Source of the DNA: Myxococcota bacterium
GTDB taxonomy: Bacteria > Myxococcota > XYA12-FULL-58-9 > JABJBS01
Direction: 5' to 3'
Length of the DNA: 42,427 nt
NCBI GenBank assembly: GCA_036339465.1
Contig: JAYZAY010000048.1
Coordinates: 1-42,427 of the forward strand
In this document: one piece after another, positions 18,504 to 28,064 of the stretch
Layout: every line of letters begins with the position of its first letter
How positions within the stretch are numbered: position 1 is the first letter of the stretch
Program-made: the position numbers and the translations under genes
The notes under the pieces: generated by a model
Database searches by the model: none
Seen by the model: only the letters and a program-made list of their open reading frames with translations
What the model was told of the DNA's origin: nothing

Positions 18504-18734
18504 ATGTATGTGTGTCTTTGTAAGGGAGTGACTGATCGGGCGATTCGTCGGGCTGTTTGTGGCGGCTGTGTTACTTTTTCTGACCTACAACGTTGCACAG
18601 GGGCCGGAACTCAATGCGGGAAATGTGTCTCAGATGCAAGACGCGTTATGAATCAGGCCCAGGCCAAGAGGAAGGGGGAATCGACTTTGATGACTCCGCT
18701 TCTTCCTCGGGTGGGCGCGATGGTGAAGCCGTGA
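18504..18734 (+). CDS. bfd: Bacterioferritin-associated [2Fe-2S] ferredoxin
   Basis: MYVCLCKGVTD...GAGTQCGKC signature; Fur box upstream. Confidence 0.92.
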   Translation: MYVCLCKGVTDRAIRRAVCGGCVTFSDLQRCTGAGTQCGKCVSDARRVMNQAQAKRKGESTLMTPLLPRVGAMVKP

Positions 18735-19260
18735 GAGCTTCCATGGTTCTATTTTAGGGGTTGCCCGCGATTTTTCGATGAAAAATGGGTGTTATAGCCT
18801 TTGCTGAATCTTTACCCCCAAAAAATATTCTACCCGAAAATCGTCCATTGTTAGGACCGAAGCTCTCTCGTACCTTGGGAGGAATTCAAGGGTTGAAGAC
18901 AGGGCTTGATAAAACGCTTGGTACCAATCCTCCAGTGTGGCGAGGATCTCATCGAGAAGGTGTCCAATTTCATTCCCAAGAGATCATAAATGGCTAAATT
19001 ATTAGAAAAAGTATGCCGGACATCCCCCCTTTCACGGGCATATCCACAAATCCTTTCTGGGCGGTTTTGCCAAGGATCGATTCAGGGCTTGGGACAAAGT
19101 TCGTGAGTTGAAAAGGGTATTGATGTCTCAGGTTGAAGATCCGGTAGGGGCGTAGCTGGATTCAGGTGAGGATTGGGCACTTTCCCAATTGGGGTTGGGC
19201 TCTGGGGCCGAGCCTCCAAACAGTCAGATGTTCTGGAATCTTTTTTCCTGGTGGTGGGAG

Positions 19261-19431
19261 TTAGCGGCCTTTATATTCCATCATGGATTGCATGGCACCT
19301 TCGGCTTCGTCGGCCATATCCATCTCCTCTTGGCGGATTTCGGCACATTCCTCGCAAAGTTTCATTTTTTTTCGTCCGACCTTCATGGCAATAACTTCAT
19401 CGCATGACTCACCACAATCTTGGCATTTCAT
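19261..19431 (-). CDS. Small (56-aa) CxxC...CxxC putative Zn-binding protein
   Basis: AAGGAG SD before ATG 19431; MKCQDC...LCEEC followed by an acidic helix. The 153-aa ORF-track version is over-extended. Confidence 0.75.
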   Translation of the reverse strand: MKCQDCGESCDEVIAMKVGRKKMKLCEECAEIRQEEMDMADEAEGAMQSMMEYKGR

Positions 19432-19497
19432 GGGTGATCTCCTTGTTTGTGTGTGGAGTGTCGTCCTATCACGTGAACGCTTTAGCTGCGAGGTTCT

Positions 19498-19725
19498 ATG
19501 GGCATGTTCTATGAAGACACCGAGGATGATTCCGAAGGATTTGGAGAGGCGGCTTACGAAAGGGTTCAATGTCCATGGTGTTGGCAGTTCATGGATCTTT
19601 TCGTGGAGTCTGATGTGCATGGGGAATGGGTTCAGGATTGTGAAGTGTGTTGCCGACCTTGGGTGATAAGGGTGAATAGGACTGAAGGTGAAAAGTGGAT
19701 TTCGGTGGACCGAGGAAATCAATAG
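19498..19725 (+). CDS. CPXCG-type cysteine-rich small protein
   Basis: VQCPWCW...VQDCEVCCRPW fits the CPxCG / EDCxVCCRP family pattern. Confidence 0.85.
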   Translation: MGMFYEDTEDDSEGFGEAAYERVQCPWCWQFMDLFVESDVHGEWVQDCEVCCRPWVIRVNRTEGEKWISVDRGNQ

Positions 19726-20067
19726 GGGAGGTCGAATAGGAAAGAAGCGAGAAATCGTGGGGGTATTCTATTTAGATGGAACCCTGCTGGTTTTCATTGG
19801 AGATTAGTCCGTATACCTGTGGACCCTCGGGACGGGACGGCGGCACGAGGAAAGAGGGTGGGTGGCTTATGGGGAGGGGCCACTTCAATAATGAGTTGAG
19901 GTGCACAGCCCGACGAACTTATTTTAGAACCTTGGGAGTCCCCAACGCTCTTGAAACCTTGGAATTTCTGAATACTTTAGATACTAGCCTAAGGATTCGG
20001 TCTTGATGCACACTGGACTTTCCCGGTAGAGCCCTTATGGACTGACCTAAGGCTTGGAGAAGGTCGA

Positions 20068-20916
20068 ATGAATATATTGGAACACATGATGACCGCCCGT
20101 GTGAGGCTCGGTCTGGTTGAGCACCCACGGCGGTTATTGGATGGGTTAGAGCATCTATCCATTCCCTTATGCCAGGGGATTGCGGGGCGGGCTTGGTTGA
20201 AGGATTTGGTCCAACTCCATGTGCGATGGTTGAGTGCGCCTTTCACCTATGGTTGCATTTCCAATATTATCGAGATTCAAGGCTTGGAGCGCATCAAGAA
20301 GCTGCGTCCAGACGGCAGTATCATTTTGGTGGCGAATCACCGTAGCTTTTTTGACATGTACATTGCGTCTTCGGTGCTCTATCGACAGGCAAGTTTTTTG
20401 AATCGACTTTATTTTCCCGTTCGCAATGAGTTCTTTTATACGCACCCCCTGGGCTTACTTATTAATTTGGGAATCAGTGGTGGTGCTATGTGGCCTCCTA
20501 TTTACCGTGATGAGCGCAAGGAAGTCTTGAATTCCATTAGTATGGACCAGCTGGTGGAGGTTCTCCACGATTCAAAAACGTTGGTGGGTATTCATCCAGA
20601 GGCGACTCGAAACAAGTCGGACGATCCGTACACGTTCCTGCCAGCACGGCCCGGTGTTGGGGAGTTGGTCCGACAATGCCCTGCCAGCACTTTGGTGGTT
20701 CCCTATTTCATGTGTGGTGTCTCCAATGATTTTTTAGCCGAGGTTCGACGCAACTTTCGCTTGACCCAGGCCAGTCGAGGACCCAAAATTCGTCTCAATT
20801 TTGGGGAACCGATTCCAGTGGGCGATTTAGGGCAAATGACGCCTGCCCAGGAGATTTCTGACCGCTTGATGGGGACGATTCGAGCCTTAGCTGAGGAAGA
20901 GCGAGCGAGGCAGTAG
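20068..20916 (+). CDS. PlsC-family lysophospholipid acyltransferase
   Basis: Catalytic NHRSFFD (HxxxxD), HPEATR (PEGTR-like) and FGEPI. Confidence 0.88.
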   Translation: MNILEHMMTARVRLGLVEHPRRLLDGLEHLSIPLCQGIAGRAWLKDLVQLHVRWLSAPFTYGCISNIIEIQGLERIKKLRPDGSIILVANHRSFFDMYIASSVLYRQASFLNRLYFPVRNEFFYTHPLGLLINLGISGGAMWPPIYRDERKEVLNSISMDQLVEVLHDSKTLVGIHPEATRNKSDDPYTFLPARPGVGELVRQCPASTLVVPYFMCGVSNDFLAEVRRNFRLTQASRGPKIRLNFGEPIPVGDLGQMTPAQEISDRLMGTIRALAEEERARQ

Positions 20917-21074
20917 CCGGGAAAGAAATTCGCGTTAGAGGGTTGGTCATTGCTCCATGGCTAGCCTTTACCCACCATGATTGAGGCCTGCGGACAATGA
21001 TCTTTTGGGTGAACAGCTTGAAAGCAAGAGGCTTTGGGCTTATCAATGGTGCTGTTTTCAGGTGGCCAATACTC

Positions 21075-21302
21075 TTATGCAAGATGGCCCTGTTTCAATA
21101 GTTCAGAGGAGACCTGGGCTCGTACAGTTTGAATGGTTTGGTCCAGATCAGGACGTGTGGGAGCCGCGAGGGTTAGGGTTTGGCTGATTTCTTCAAGCTT
21201 TTCCGTAAGTATCTGTAATTTAACAGAGAGCGGTGCTTTAGACCGATTCAACTCTTCTAAAAGACAGCTACTTATACCGGTAATATTCCAATTCCAGCTC
21301 AT
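21075..21302 (-). CDS. Short hypothetical protein, possibly the 5' part of a frameshifted TPR-like gene
   Basis: Strong AAGGAG SD. A frame change near the end would continue LLKQGH-LHKSIGHLKTA, which looks TPR-like. Confidence 0.35.
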   Translation of the reverse strand: MSWNWNITGISSCLLEELNRSKAPLSVKLQILTEKLEEISQTLTLAAPTRPDLDQTIQTVRAQVSSELLKQGHLA

Positions 21303-21460
21303 GGGTGATTCTCCTTACTCATCGTTGTCCCTAGGGCCTATTGGAGTCATCTCGACCATTCAAATGGCAATAAGGAGTCGTCTGGTCTAAAACTGACTGT
21401 AGGTGTTTGTAGCTCACATAGTGTGAAAATGTCCTTTAGGCAAGATAATTCGGCCTAATT

Positions 21461-21754
21461 TTGAGCTTTCTTTTGGGGGCGGTTCCCAGAGCCCGAATCG
21501 CGCTCAAATCCAGAGGGTGTAGGAGCGGGATTCTTTCGTCTGCAGGGCCATTGATGTTTGGAAAGGGCAACAACGTTCCGAGTCGACCTTACCTACCAGG
21601 TATGATGAAGTTTAAGGCCGAACTGGCTGAAGAAATTCAAACCATTATCGACACCGAGGGATTGGGGAAGAAAGCCTATTCGGCGGGTAAGGTGATGAAA
21701 GTCAGTGTGCAAAGTACGGCAGTGTTCGACAGCGCCACGCCGGAAGTGTCGTAA
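21461..21754 (+). pseudogene. Possible MotB/OmpA-like remnant
   Basis: LAEEIQTIIDTEGL...MKVSVQSTAVFDSATPEV resembles the start of the MotB/OmpA C-terminal domain, then hits TAA TAG. Confidence 0.25.
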
Positions 21755-22099
21755 TAGGAGAAATCGTCAGACCCATGATGGGTTCTCCAAGATTGGCACC
21801 TCGGGTGGAAGAGGTGATAAAGTGGGCGGCCATTCGTAGGGTCCATTTTGGGTGATTGGAGATACGTTGCAGGGGGGGGGGGACGAATCGAGTTGCGGGG
21901 TAGTCTATTTCAGAAGCCCCAAAGGGTTCGAAAATGAAAACGGCGGCGCCTGAAATTGGCAGTGTTTTGGGACCTAGAATGGTGCCTTTTTGGGTGGTGA
22001 GCCAGGTAGAAGAGCTTCATCCTTCTATGGACGAGTTCACCAAGAAACCTCCGATTCAGAGCCTTGAGGGGTCGACACCTGTATCGAAATGGTGACGTT

Positions 22100-23575
22100 C
22101 TAAAGAGCCGCCGATACCTCGGTGGTGATTAACTCTAACTCAGGATTGTCTTCCTGGGATTTTTCGACCAAATGTGTAGGGAGTTGCTTGTTGGCCTTGG
22201 CCCCTAGGCTTCGGATTTGTTCAGCCCTGTTGATGAGGTTGCCTCGTCCCGTGCTTAGTTTGTTGAGTGCTTTGTCGTAGGCTTCCTGGCTTTGAGTGAT
22301 GCGTTGACCAACGCTCTCTAGGTCACCGACAAAGAGTGAAAGTTTGTCGAGCATTTGTCCGCTTTTGTGGGCAATTTCCAAGGCATAACGATTTTGATTT
22401 TCGTGTCGCCAGATACTTTCGATGGTTCGAAGGGTGGCCAGTAGCGTTGAGGAGCTCACGAGCATTACATGTTTTTCGAAGGCATCGAGGAAGAGATTGG
22501 CGCTGCTTTCCCCTTGCTCTGCGCTGAGGGCTGTGAGGGCGAAAGCGCCTTCCACGGGAATGAACATGAGCACAAAATCCACACTGTTTAGCTCGTAGAG
22601 GCTTTGGTAGCTCTTGGTACTCAAGTCTTGGATATGGCGCTTTACAGAGTTTAGGTGGGCTTTTAGCGCCTGTTCTTTTGTTTCAGGATCTTGTGCTGAG
22701 CAGTGACGTTCATAATCCACTAAGGTGACCTTAGAGTCGATGACCAACTGTTTGTTGTCTGGGAGATACAAGACCACGTCGGGGCGGAGTCGCTTTTGGT
22801 CTTCGGTGGTGAAGGATTCCTGCACTTTGTAATGGAGGTCTTTAACCAGGCCGGAGCGTTCTAGGAGTCGTTCCAAAATCACTTCTCCCCAGGCTCCTTG
22901 GCTTTGGGATTGGCCCTTGAGGGCGGTGACCAGGTTATTTGCGTCCTGGGACATTTGTTGGTTGAGCTCGTGGAGGCGTTTGAGTTCATCCTTGAGGGAT
23001 TGACGCTCCCGGGTTTCCTTCTCGTAGGTCTCTTGGACCTTGGTTTGAAAGGTGTTGATATTTTCTTGGAGGGGCTTGAGCAGCACCCCGAGGCCTTCTT
23101 CACTGGTCTGGCGAAATTGCTTGGATTGATGGCTGAGGATGTCCTGGGCCACATCCTTGAAATCTTTCTTAAGCAATTCTTGGATATTTTTGAACCGCTC
23201 TTCGTGTTTTTGGATGGACTGCTTGAGATACTTATTTTCTTCTTGGTGGCGGCTTTCTCGGATTTGGCTTTCCTCGAGTTTTTGCCGGAAGAGATTGAGT
23301 TCTTCGAGCAATTTGTCTTTTCCCATTCTAAGCTCTTGGACTTGGGTTTCTTGGTGGGTGTTCTTTTCCTGAAGCTGGGCGTGGGTGATTTGAAGGGATT
23401 GGTTGTTTGCCTTCGTTTCACCCATCTCCGCAGTTGCTTTTTTGAGTTTCTCATCCCGCGCTTGGACTTCGGCACCTTCGCGCTTAAAGAGCATGAAGAC
23501 AACGAGGGTACTGGTGGCAAACACCCCTGTGAGCAGACCCAGAATTTCTATTCCCATGGTTTGCAGGTATACCAT
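22100..23575 (-). CDS. rmuC: DNA recombination protein RmuC
   Basis: N-terminal TM plus coiled coil; QGAWGEVILERLLE, LRPDVVLYLP, VIDSKV, DFVLMFIPVE, TLLATLRTI. Confidence 0.95.
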   Translation of the reverse strand: MVYLQTMGIEILGLLTGVFATSTLVVFMLFKREGAEVQARDEKLKKATAEMGETKANNQSLQITHAQLQEKNTHQETQVQELRMGKDKLLEELNLFRQKLEESQIRESRHQEENKYLKQSIQKHEERFKNIQELLKKDFKDVAQDILSHQSKQFRQTSEEGLGVLLKPLQENINTFQTKVQETYEKETRERQSLKDELKRLHELNQQMSQDANNLVTALKGQSQSQGAWGEVILERLLERSGLVKDLHYKVQESFTTEDQKRLRPDVVLYLPDNKQLVIDSKVTLVDYERHCSAQDPETKEQALKAHLNSVKRHIQDLSTKSYQSLYELNSVDFVLMFIPVEGAFALTALSAEQGESSANLFLDAFEKHVMLVSSSTLLATLRTIESIWRHENQNRYALEIAHKSGQMLDKLSLFVGDLESVGQRITQSQEAYDKALNKLSTGRGNLINRAEQIRSLGAKANKQLPTHLVEKSQEDNPELELITTEVSAAL

Positions 23576-23812
23576 CTATCTTTTGAGGGCAAAGCTATTT
23601 ATCGGTCTTTGGCTCGTGGCCGCTTGTACCGGTTTTCGCCCATATTCCTTGGTCACGTCCCAAGTTTGAACCGATCAAGGTGCTGAAGCTTCGACCTTGC
23701 GACCCTCGGTGATGGTGGTGGGTTGTGACGTGTGAAGGCTTGCCTTATTTGGGCTTAGCCCTTATCGAAACCAAGCTGGAATTTGTTTGCTGCGCTCGAA
23801 GGACCGAAAACC

Positions 23813-25156
23813 ATGTTTAGCGAAGTCATTCTCCAATTTGGAACCGCGATCCTTGGTGGGGTCATCTTAAATTTGATGCCCTGCGTGCTTCCCGTTCTCA
23901 CCATGAAGGTCTTTCATGTGTTGGAGCAGGCCCATGCGGAGGTGAGAATTGTCAGGCTACAAGGGGTTATGTATACCCTTGGGATCCTCTTTTCCTTTGC
24001 GGTCTTTGCGGGTTTGGTGATTGCCATCCGAGCTTCAGGTGACTTGGTCGGTTGGGGTATGCAATTCCAAAACCCGCGTTTTGTGGGGGCACTGGTATTG
24101 CTAATGTTGGTCCTAGGCCTCAACGGTCTTGGCTTTTTTGAGTTGCGGGTTGGTATGAGCACCAGCAGTGACGACAAAGGGTATTGGGGGTCATTCATCA
24201 ACGGTGTGGTTGCGTCGGTCATGGCCACGCCTTGCTCGGCACCATTTTTGGGTGCGGCGGCGGCGTACGCCTTGGGACGGGATACCGAAGCTTGGGTGAC
24301 ATTCGTTATTTTTCTTGGCATTGGCCTGGGGCTGGCTTTACCGTTTTTGGTGATTAGTTTCGTTCCTGCGGCTCGGGCGCTCATGCCCAAACCCGGCATG
24401 TGGATGAATCATTTCAGGAAGTTCATGGGTTTTTCCCTCTTGGGAGCGGCCGTGTGGCTTTACGGCGTTTTGGCTGCCCAAGTGACCCATGAGAGTTCCA
24501 GCAGCTTCCTTTTTCTGATGCTGGCCTTGGCCATTGGGATTTGGGTCGTTGAGACCTTCGCCGGACTACAGCATGGACAGGGCCGGCGGTTAGTGATCCG
24601 GGGGGCAGTTTTGGCAGCTTTGGTGGGGGCTGGAACAGGATTTGTGAGCTTGGAAAGAGCGGCCAAAGTAAAACAAACGTCACCGTCGGTAAATGATCCG
24701 GTGATTGTGGGTGGCCACATCAATTGGGCGCCTTTTGATCCCCTGCGGGTGGCTTTGGAGAATCGTCGCGGTCGTCCGGTCTTCATGGATTACACAGCGG
24801 ATTGGTGTTTGAACTGTAAATCCAATGAAAAACTGATTATTGAAACCCAGAAGGTTAGGGACTCCTTAAAAAAATATGACATTTTTCCAATGGTGGCGGA
24901 CTGGACCAACGAGAATGAGGTTATTACCCAGTGGCTTGAAAAGCTGGGCCGAACCGGGATTCCAACCTATGCGGTTTATTTCCCCGATGGAAGTTTTGAC
25001 TTGCTGCCCGAAGTCATCACCCAAGAGATGCTCCTAGGGGTCCTCAATAAGGCGGCTGAAAAATTTCCGAAGGGCCAATACCGCCCTTTGGCCGAAGCAT
25101 GTCTCGGCAGTGTGGCTGCGGATGCGACAGTGGCCCCTAAGCTGGCCGACCACTGA
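23813..25156 (+). CDS. dsbD: DsbD-family thiol:disulfide interchange protein (TM and thioredoxin domains)
   Basis: LNLMPCVLPVL and ATPCSAPFLG membrane cysteines, WGMQFQNP, PKPGMWM, thioredoxin motif TADWCLNCK. Confidence 0.88.
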   Translation: MFSEVILQFGTAILGGVILNLMPCVLPVLTMKVFHVLEQAHAEVRIVRLQGVMYTLGILFSFAVFAGLVIAIRASGDLVGWGMQFQNPRFVGALVLLMLVLGLNGLGFFELRVGMSTSSDDKGYWGSFINGVVASVMATPCSAPFLGAAAAYALGRDTEAWVTFVIFLGIGLGLALPFLVISFVPAARALMPKPGMWMNHFRKFMGFSLLGAAVWLYGVLAAQVTHESSSSFLFLMLALAIGIWVVETFAGLQHGQGRRLVIRGAVLAALVGAGTGFVSLERAAKVKQTSPSVNDPVIVGGHINWAPFDPLRVALENRRGRPVFMDYTADWCLNCKSNEKLIIETQKVRDSLKKYDIFPMVADWTNENEVITQWLEKLGRTGIPTYAVYFPDGSFDLLPEVITQEMLLGVLNKAAEKFPKGQYRPLAEACLGSVAADATVAPKLADH

Positions 25157-25167
25157 AAAGCACCAGG

Positions 25168-25196
25168 TTGACGGTTCATAGAAGCTCTGGTAAGAC
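25168..25196 (+). promoter_or_regulatory. Candidate sigma70 promoter for the SDR operon
   Basis: TTGACG-17 nt-TAAGAC with an upstream TG. Confidence 0.4.
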
Positions 25197-25318
25197 CAAT
25201 TACGTGTCGCAGGGGAGATGGCCGCTTTTCTGGGGAAACCGCTTGAATTGGTATCTAACCCCTCCCAACGAATCAATCGTCCTAGTATCCCAACCAGATT
25301 TGAATGAAAGGAATAGAG

Positions 25319-26374
25319 ATGGCCACACAGAAAAAGCCAATTTCACTTGTTACGGGAGCTTGCGGCTTCATGGGGAGTCATATGGTGGAGATCCTGCTCA
25401 AAGCGGGACACGAAGTTCGTGCTACCGACTTACCTTCAGCTTGTAATGCCTCAGGATCTGACAAAACTCGTTTTCCCGGTTACCTCCGTAGTTTGGGGGT
25501 TGAGCCAATTCCCGCGGATGTGACGCGTCCCGAAACCCTCGAAGGTTTGGCGGAGAACTGCGATTACGTATTCCATATTGCCGCAGTATTTTCCTACAGC
25601 GCGTCGTGGCAGGTGCTTCGAACTGTCAACGTTGATGGAACCTTGAATGTTCTGAAAGCGGTTAAGGAACAGGCTCCAAAACTGAAGCGTTTTGTGCTTT
25701 GGGGAGCGGGCGGGGTTTACGGTTTTCAGGACCGGGAAGGGGTGCCGATTACTGAAGATGATACGCCAGAACCACCCAACAATTATCTGCGCTCCAAATG
25801 GCGTCAAGAGTTTGAGATCATGAAAGCGGGTCAGGATTGGCTGCCTTATAGCATTATTCGTCCCACGACGGTTTATGGACCTCGGGGTCTTTATGGCGGT
25901 GGGCAGTTGTTGATGGGAACGGCGAAAGCACCGATTTACGCTATTCCATCGAACTTCACCTTCCGCATTCCCTTCGTACACGTTACCGATGTTTGTACTG
26001 CGGCGCTCTTTTTGGCTACCAAGCCCAAGGCGAAAGGACATATTTTTAATCTCAATGACGATAGTCAAATGACCAACGTTGAATTTATGAAGTATATAGC
26101 TGCTCTTGAGGGTAAGTCGGCTATGCTTCTTCCTGCGGTTCCGGTGGTACAGATCCGGGACGTGGTGGGGCAGGTGGCCAAAGTGGTTCAGTCTGTGGCT
26201 GGCAAGCTGGGGGCGACTTCACCTTTGGAGGCAGACAGCATCGACTATTTGGGAAGAGATATCGTTTATTCCAACGATAAACTAAAGGATTTAGGATATG
26301 AATTCACTTATGCAGACGCCCGTGACGGAATTAGAGACACCATCGATTGGTATTATCAAAATGGCTGGATGTAA
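25319..26374 (+). CDS. Extended SDR (NAD-dependent epimerase/dehydratase, 3beta-HSD-like)
   Basis: TGACGFMG Rossmann motif, VFHIAA, catalytic YLRSK, IIRPTTVYGP, VHVTDV. Confidence 0.9.
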   Translation: MATQKKPISLVTGACGFMGSHMVEILLKAGHEVRATDLPSACNASGSDKTRFPGYLRSLGVEPIPADVTRPETLEGLAENCDYVFHIAAVFSYSASWQVLRTVNVDGTLNVLKAVKEQAPKLKRFVLWGAGGVYGFQDREGVPITEDDTPEPPNNYLRSKWRQEFEIMKAGQDWLPYSIIRPTTVYGPRGLYGGGQLLMGTAKAPIYAIPSNFTFRIPFVHVTDVCTAALFLATKPKAKGHIFNLNDDSQMTNVEFMKYIAALEGKSAMLLPAVPVVQIRDVVGQVAKVVQSVAGKLGATSPLEADSIDYLGRDIVYSNDKLKDLGYEFTYADARDGIRDTIDWYYQNGWM

Positions 26375-26915
26375 CACCGGATTACGGCATAACTACGCAT
26401 CGCTCTGTTCTTCGACCGATGAAACATTGGAAGAGGTTCTTCGAAATGGCGTGATGCCTAAGTTCGACGATGTGATGGGTTATGAGTACCGTGGTTGGAA
26501 CACGCCTTTTTTCGCAAGCTGGGTTGGCATTCTTCGGTTCAAAAAGGGATTCTTTTGGGATACGGGTGCTGGCGGTCGACCCCGTGGATACAACAAGAAT
26601 ATTGAGCCGGGAAAAATTACGGAACTGTGGCAGGAAAAGGGTCCTGGCGGCAAATCAGCTCCCTTTGGATTCTACGAAATTCAGCCTCAGTTAGAGGTTG
26701 CGGGCAGTCCTTACCCCAATTCCATTTTGTTGGACTACAATTGTCCTCGTAATCTAGCGGTCGACCCAACCAAGCTACTGCGTGACTACGTGGTTCAGGT
26801 GCACGCTGGTGATCCCACGCTTCTACTCGGTAAGGCATATCTTGCATTACCGGGTGATCCGGCCATCTCGTTCTTCATTTTGGAACGGGTGGGTGAATCT
26901 GTTGTACCTGCCTAG
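26361..26915 (+). CDS. Hypothetical protein overlapping the SDR stop by 14 nt
   Basis: ATG at 26361. Aromatic/Gly-rich globular sequence (YRGWN, FKKGF, PFGFY, LLDY, LRDYVVQV, LLGKAYL). Confidence 0.75.
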   Translation: MAGCNTGLRHNYASLCSSTDETLEEVLRNGVMPKFDDVMGYEYRGWNTPFFASWVGILRFKKGFFWDTGAGGRPRGYNKNIEPGKITELWQEKGPGGKSAPFGFYEIQPQLEVAGSPYPNSILLDYNCPRNLAVDPTKLLRDYVVQVHAGDPTLLLGKAYLALPGDPAISFFILERVGESVVPA

Positions 26916-27148
26916 TTGAGTTATTTTCCAGTGGAGCCGGTGGCGTCGTCGCCGGTGCCGAATTCTTCCATCGTTGATTTCTATATCAGGTTTAGGGTTC
27001 GACGGTGGCCTTAAGGTCAGTGCCAATCGCGAATTCGCTTCCCCCACATTCCAGAAGGTGAGGCCTAACTTTTGGTTCCCTGTAGTGAGGTCTGGGCAGG
27101 ATGGCCATTACCGCTAAACAGGGGGAGCATTTAATGAACTTAGGGTTT

Positions 27149-27364
27149 TTAATAATGTGGTGGGGGAACGTCGTCTTTGGGGTCCACGGTCATGGAAGGT
27201 ATCGCGTTTCGGATATGTTCTTCCAGCTTTCCCAGTTGTTGTTCCAACTTTTGAATTTGGAGTTGTTGTGTGGTGGCGGTTTTTTCGCGTTTATGAATCG
27301 CTTCTTCTTGAAAGGCGCTGGTGCTTTCCAGATTCACGAGTTGTGCTTTGATGTTTTCAGTCAT
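27149..27364 (-). CDS. slyX: SlyX family protein
   Basis: LE...AFQE, a coiled coil and the C-terminal PPPHY signature. Confidence 0.88.
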   Translation of the reverse strand: MTENIKAQLVNLESTSAFQEEAIHKREKTATTQQLQIQKLEQQLGKLEEHIRNAIPSMTVDPKDDVPPPHY

Positions 27365-27546
27365 GGGAGAGCTTATAGTGTGGGCTGGATTGATTCGCAA
27401 AGCTAGAAGGGTCGCTCCAAGGGGGTTTTGGGCGTTTACTCAGACTTCTTCGATTTTGGCTAGCGGGTTGGGTATGGTTTCAAGTTCCATTTTCAGCGCG
27501 AAATGGGGGGCCTATTATGGACGGTGTTTGGTTTTTGCGCTCATCT

Positions 27547-28050
27547 CTACGGGAAGCTTAGTCCCTCGTGTTTTAGAAGCCGGCGTTTGATGTCGAGGCC
27601 TCCTGCGTAACCGGTGAGTTTACCGTCGGCTCCGATGACTCGGTGGCAAGGGATCACCAGTCCTAGGGGGTTGGCGTTGTTGGCCATGCCCACGGCTCGC
27701 ATTGCGTTGGGATTGTTGATGATGCGGGCAATATCCCCATAGGATCTGGTTTGTCCTGGGGGAACTTCTCGAAGGGCTCGCCACACCTTCATTTGGAAAT
27801 CCGTGCCCCTGACCGCACTCGGAAGTTTCTCCAGAGCATGGATTTCGCCCTCAAAATAAGCTTGTATTTTCCGATGGGATTCACTGATTTTATCGGTTTC
27901 TACCAAATCAAAATCACCAAACTGTTTGTGTAGCGTACGGTTCAAACGTTTGGGGTTAAGGCTGAAGCTGAGGGCACAGGGTCCTTGTGGACTAGAAGCC
28001 AAGAACAGTTCTCCCCACGGACATGGGACCATCTCTAGGGTAATACGCAA
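27547..28050 (-). CDS. ogt: Methylated-DNA--protein-cysteine S-methyltransferase
   Basis: GTDFQMKVW, RAVGMAN, IPCHRVIG, GYAGG. Confidence 0.95.
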   Translation of the reverse strand: MRITLEMVPCPWGELFLASSPQGPCALSFSLNPKRLNRTLHKQFGDFDLVETDKISESHRKIQAYFEGEIHALEKLPSAVRGTDFQMKVWRALREVPPGQTRSYGDIARIINNPNAMRAVGMANNANPLGLVIPCHRVIGADGKLTGYAGGLDIKRRLLKHEGLSFP

Positions 28051-28064
28051 GCCAGTTTACCTTT

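Noticed and set aside
22879..23686. Long alternative-frame and antisense ORFs over rmuC (213 and 262 aa)
   Set aside because: Shadow ORFs expected from the biased codons of a coiled-coil gene; no motifs or RBS.
25211..25263. Fluoride riboswitch (GGAGATGGC...AAACCGC resemblance)
   Set aside because: The 3' GCUGAUGAC..CUAC element is absent, P1 pairing is poor and the downstream gene is not fluoride-related.
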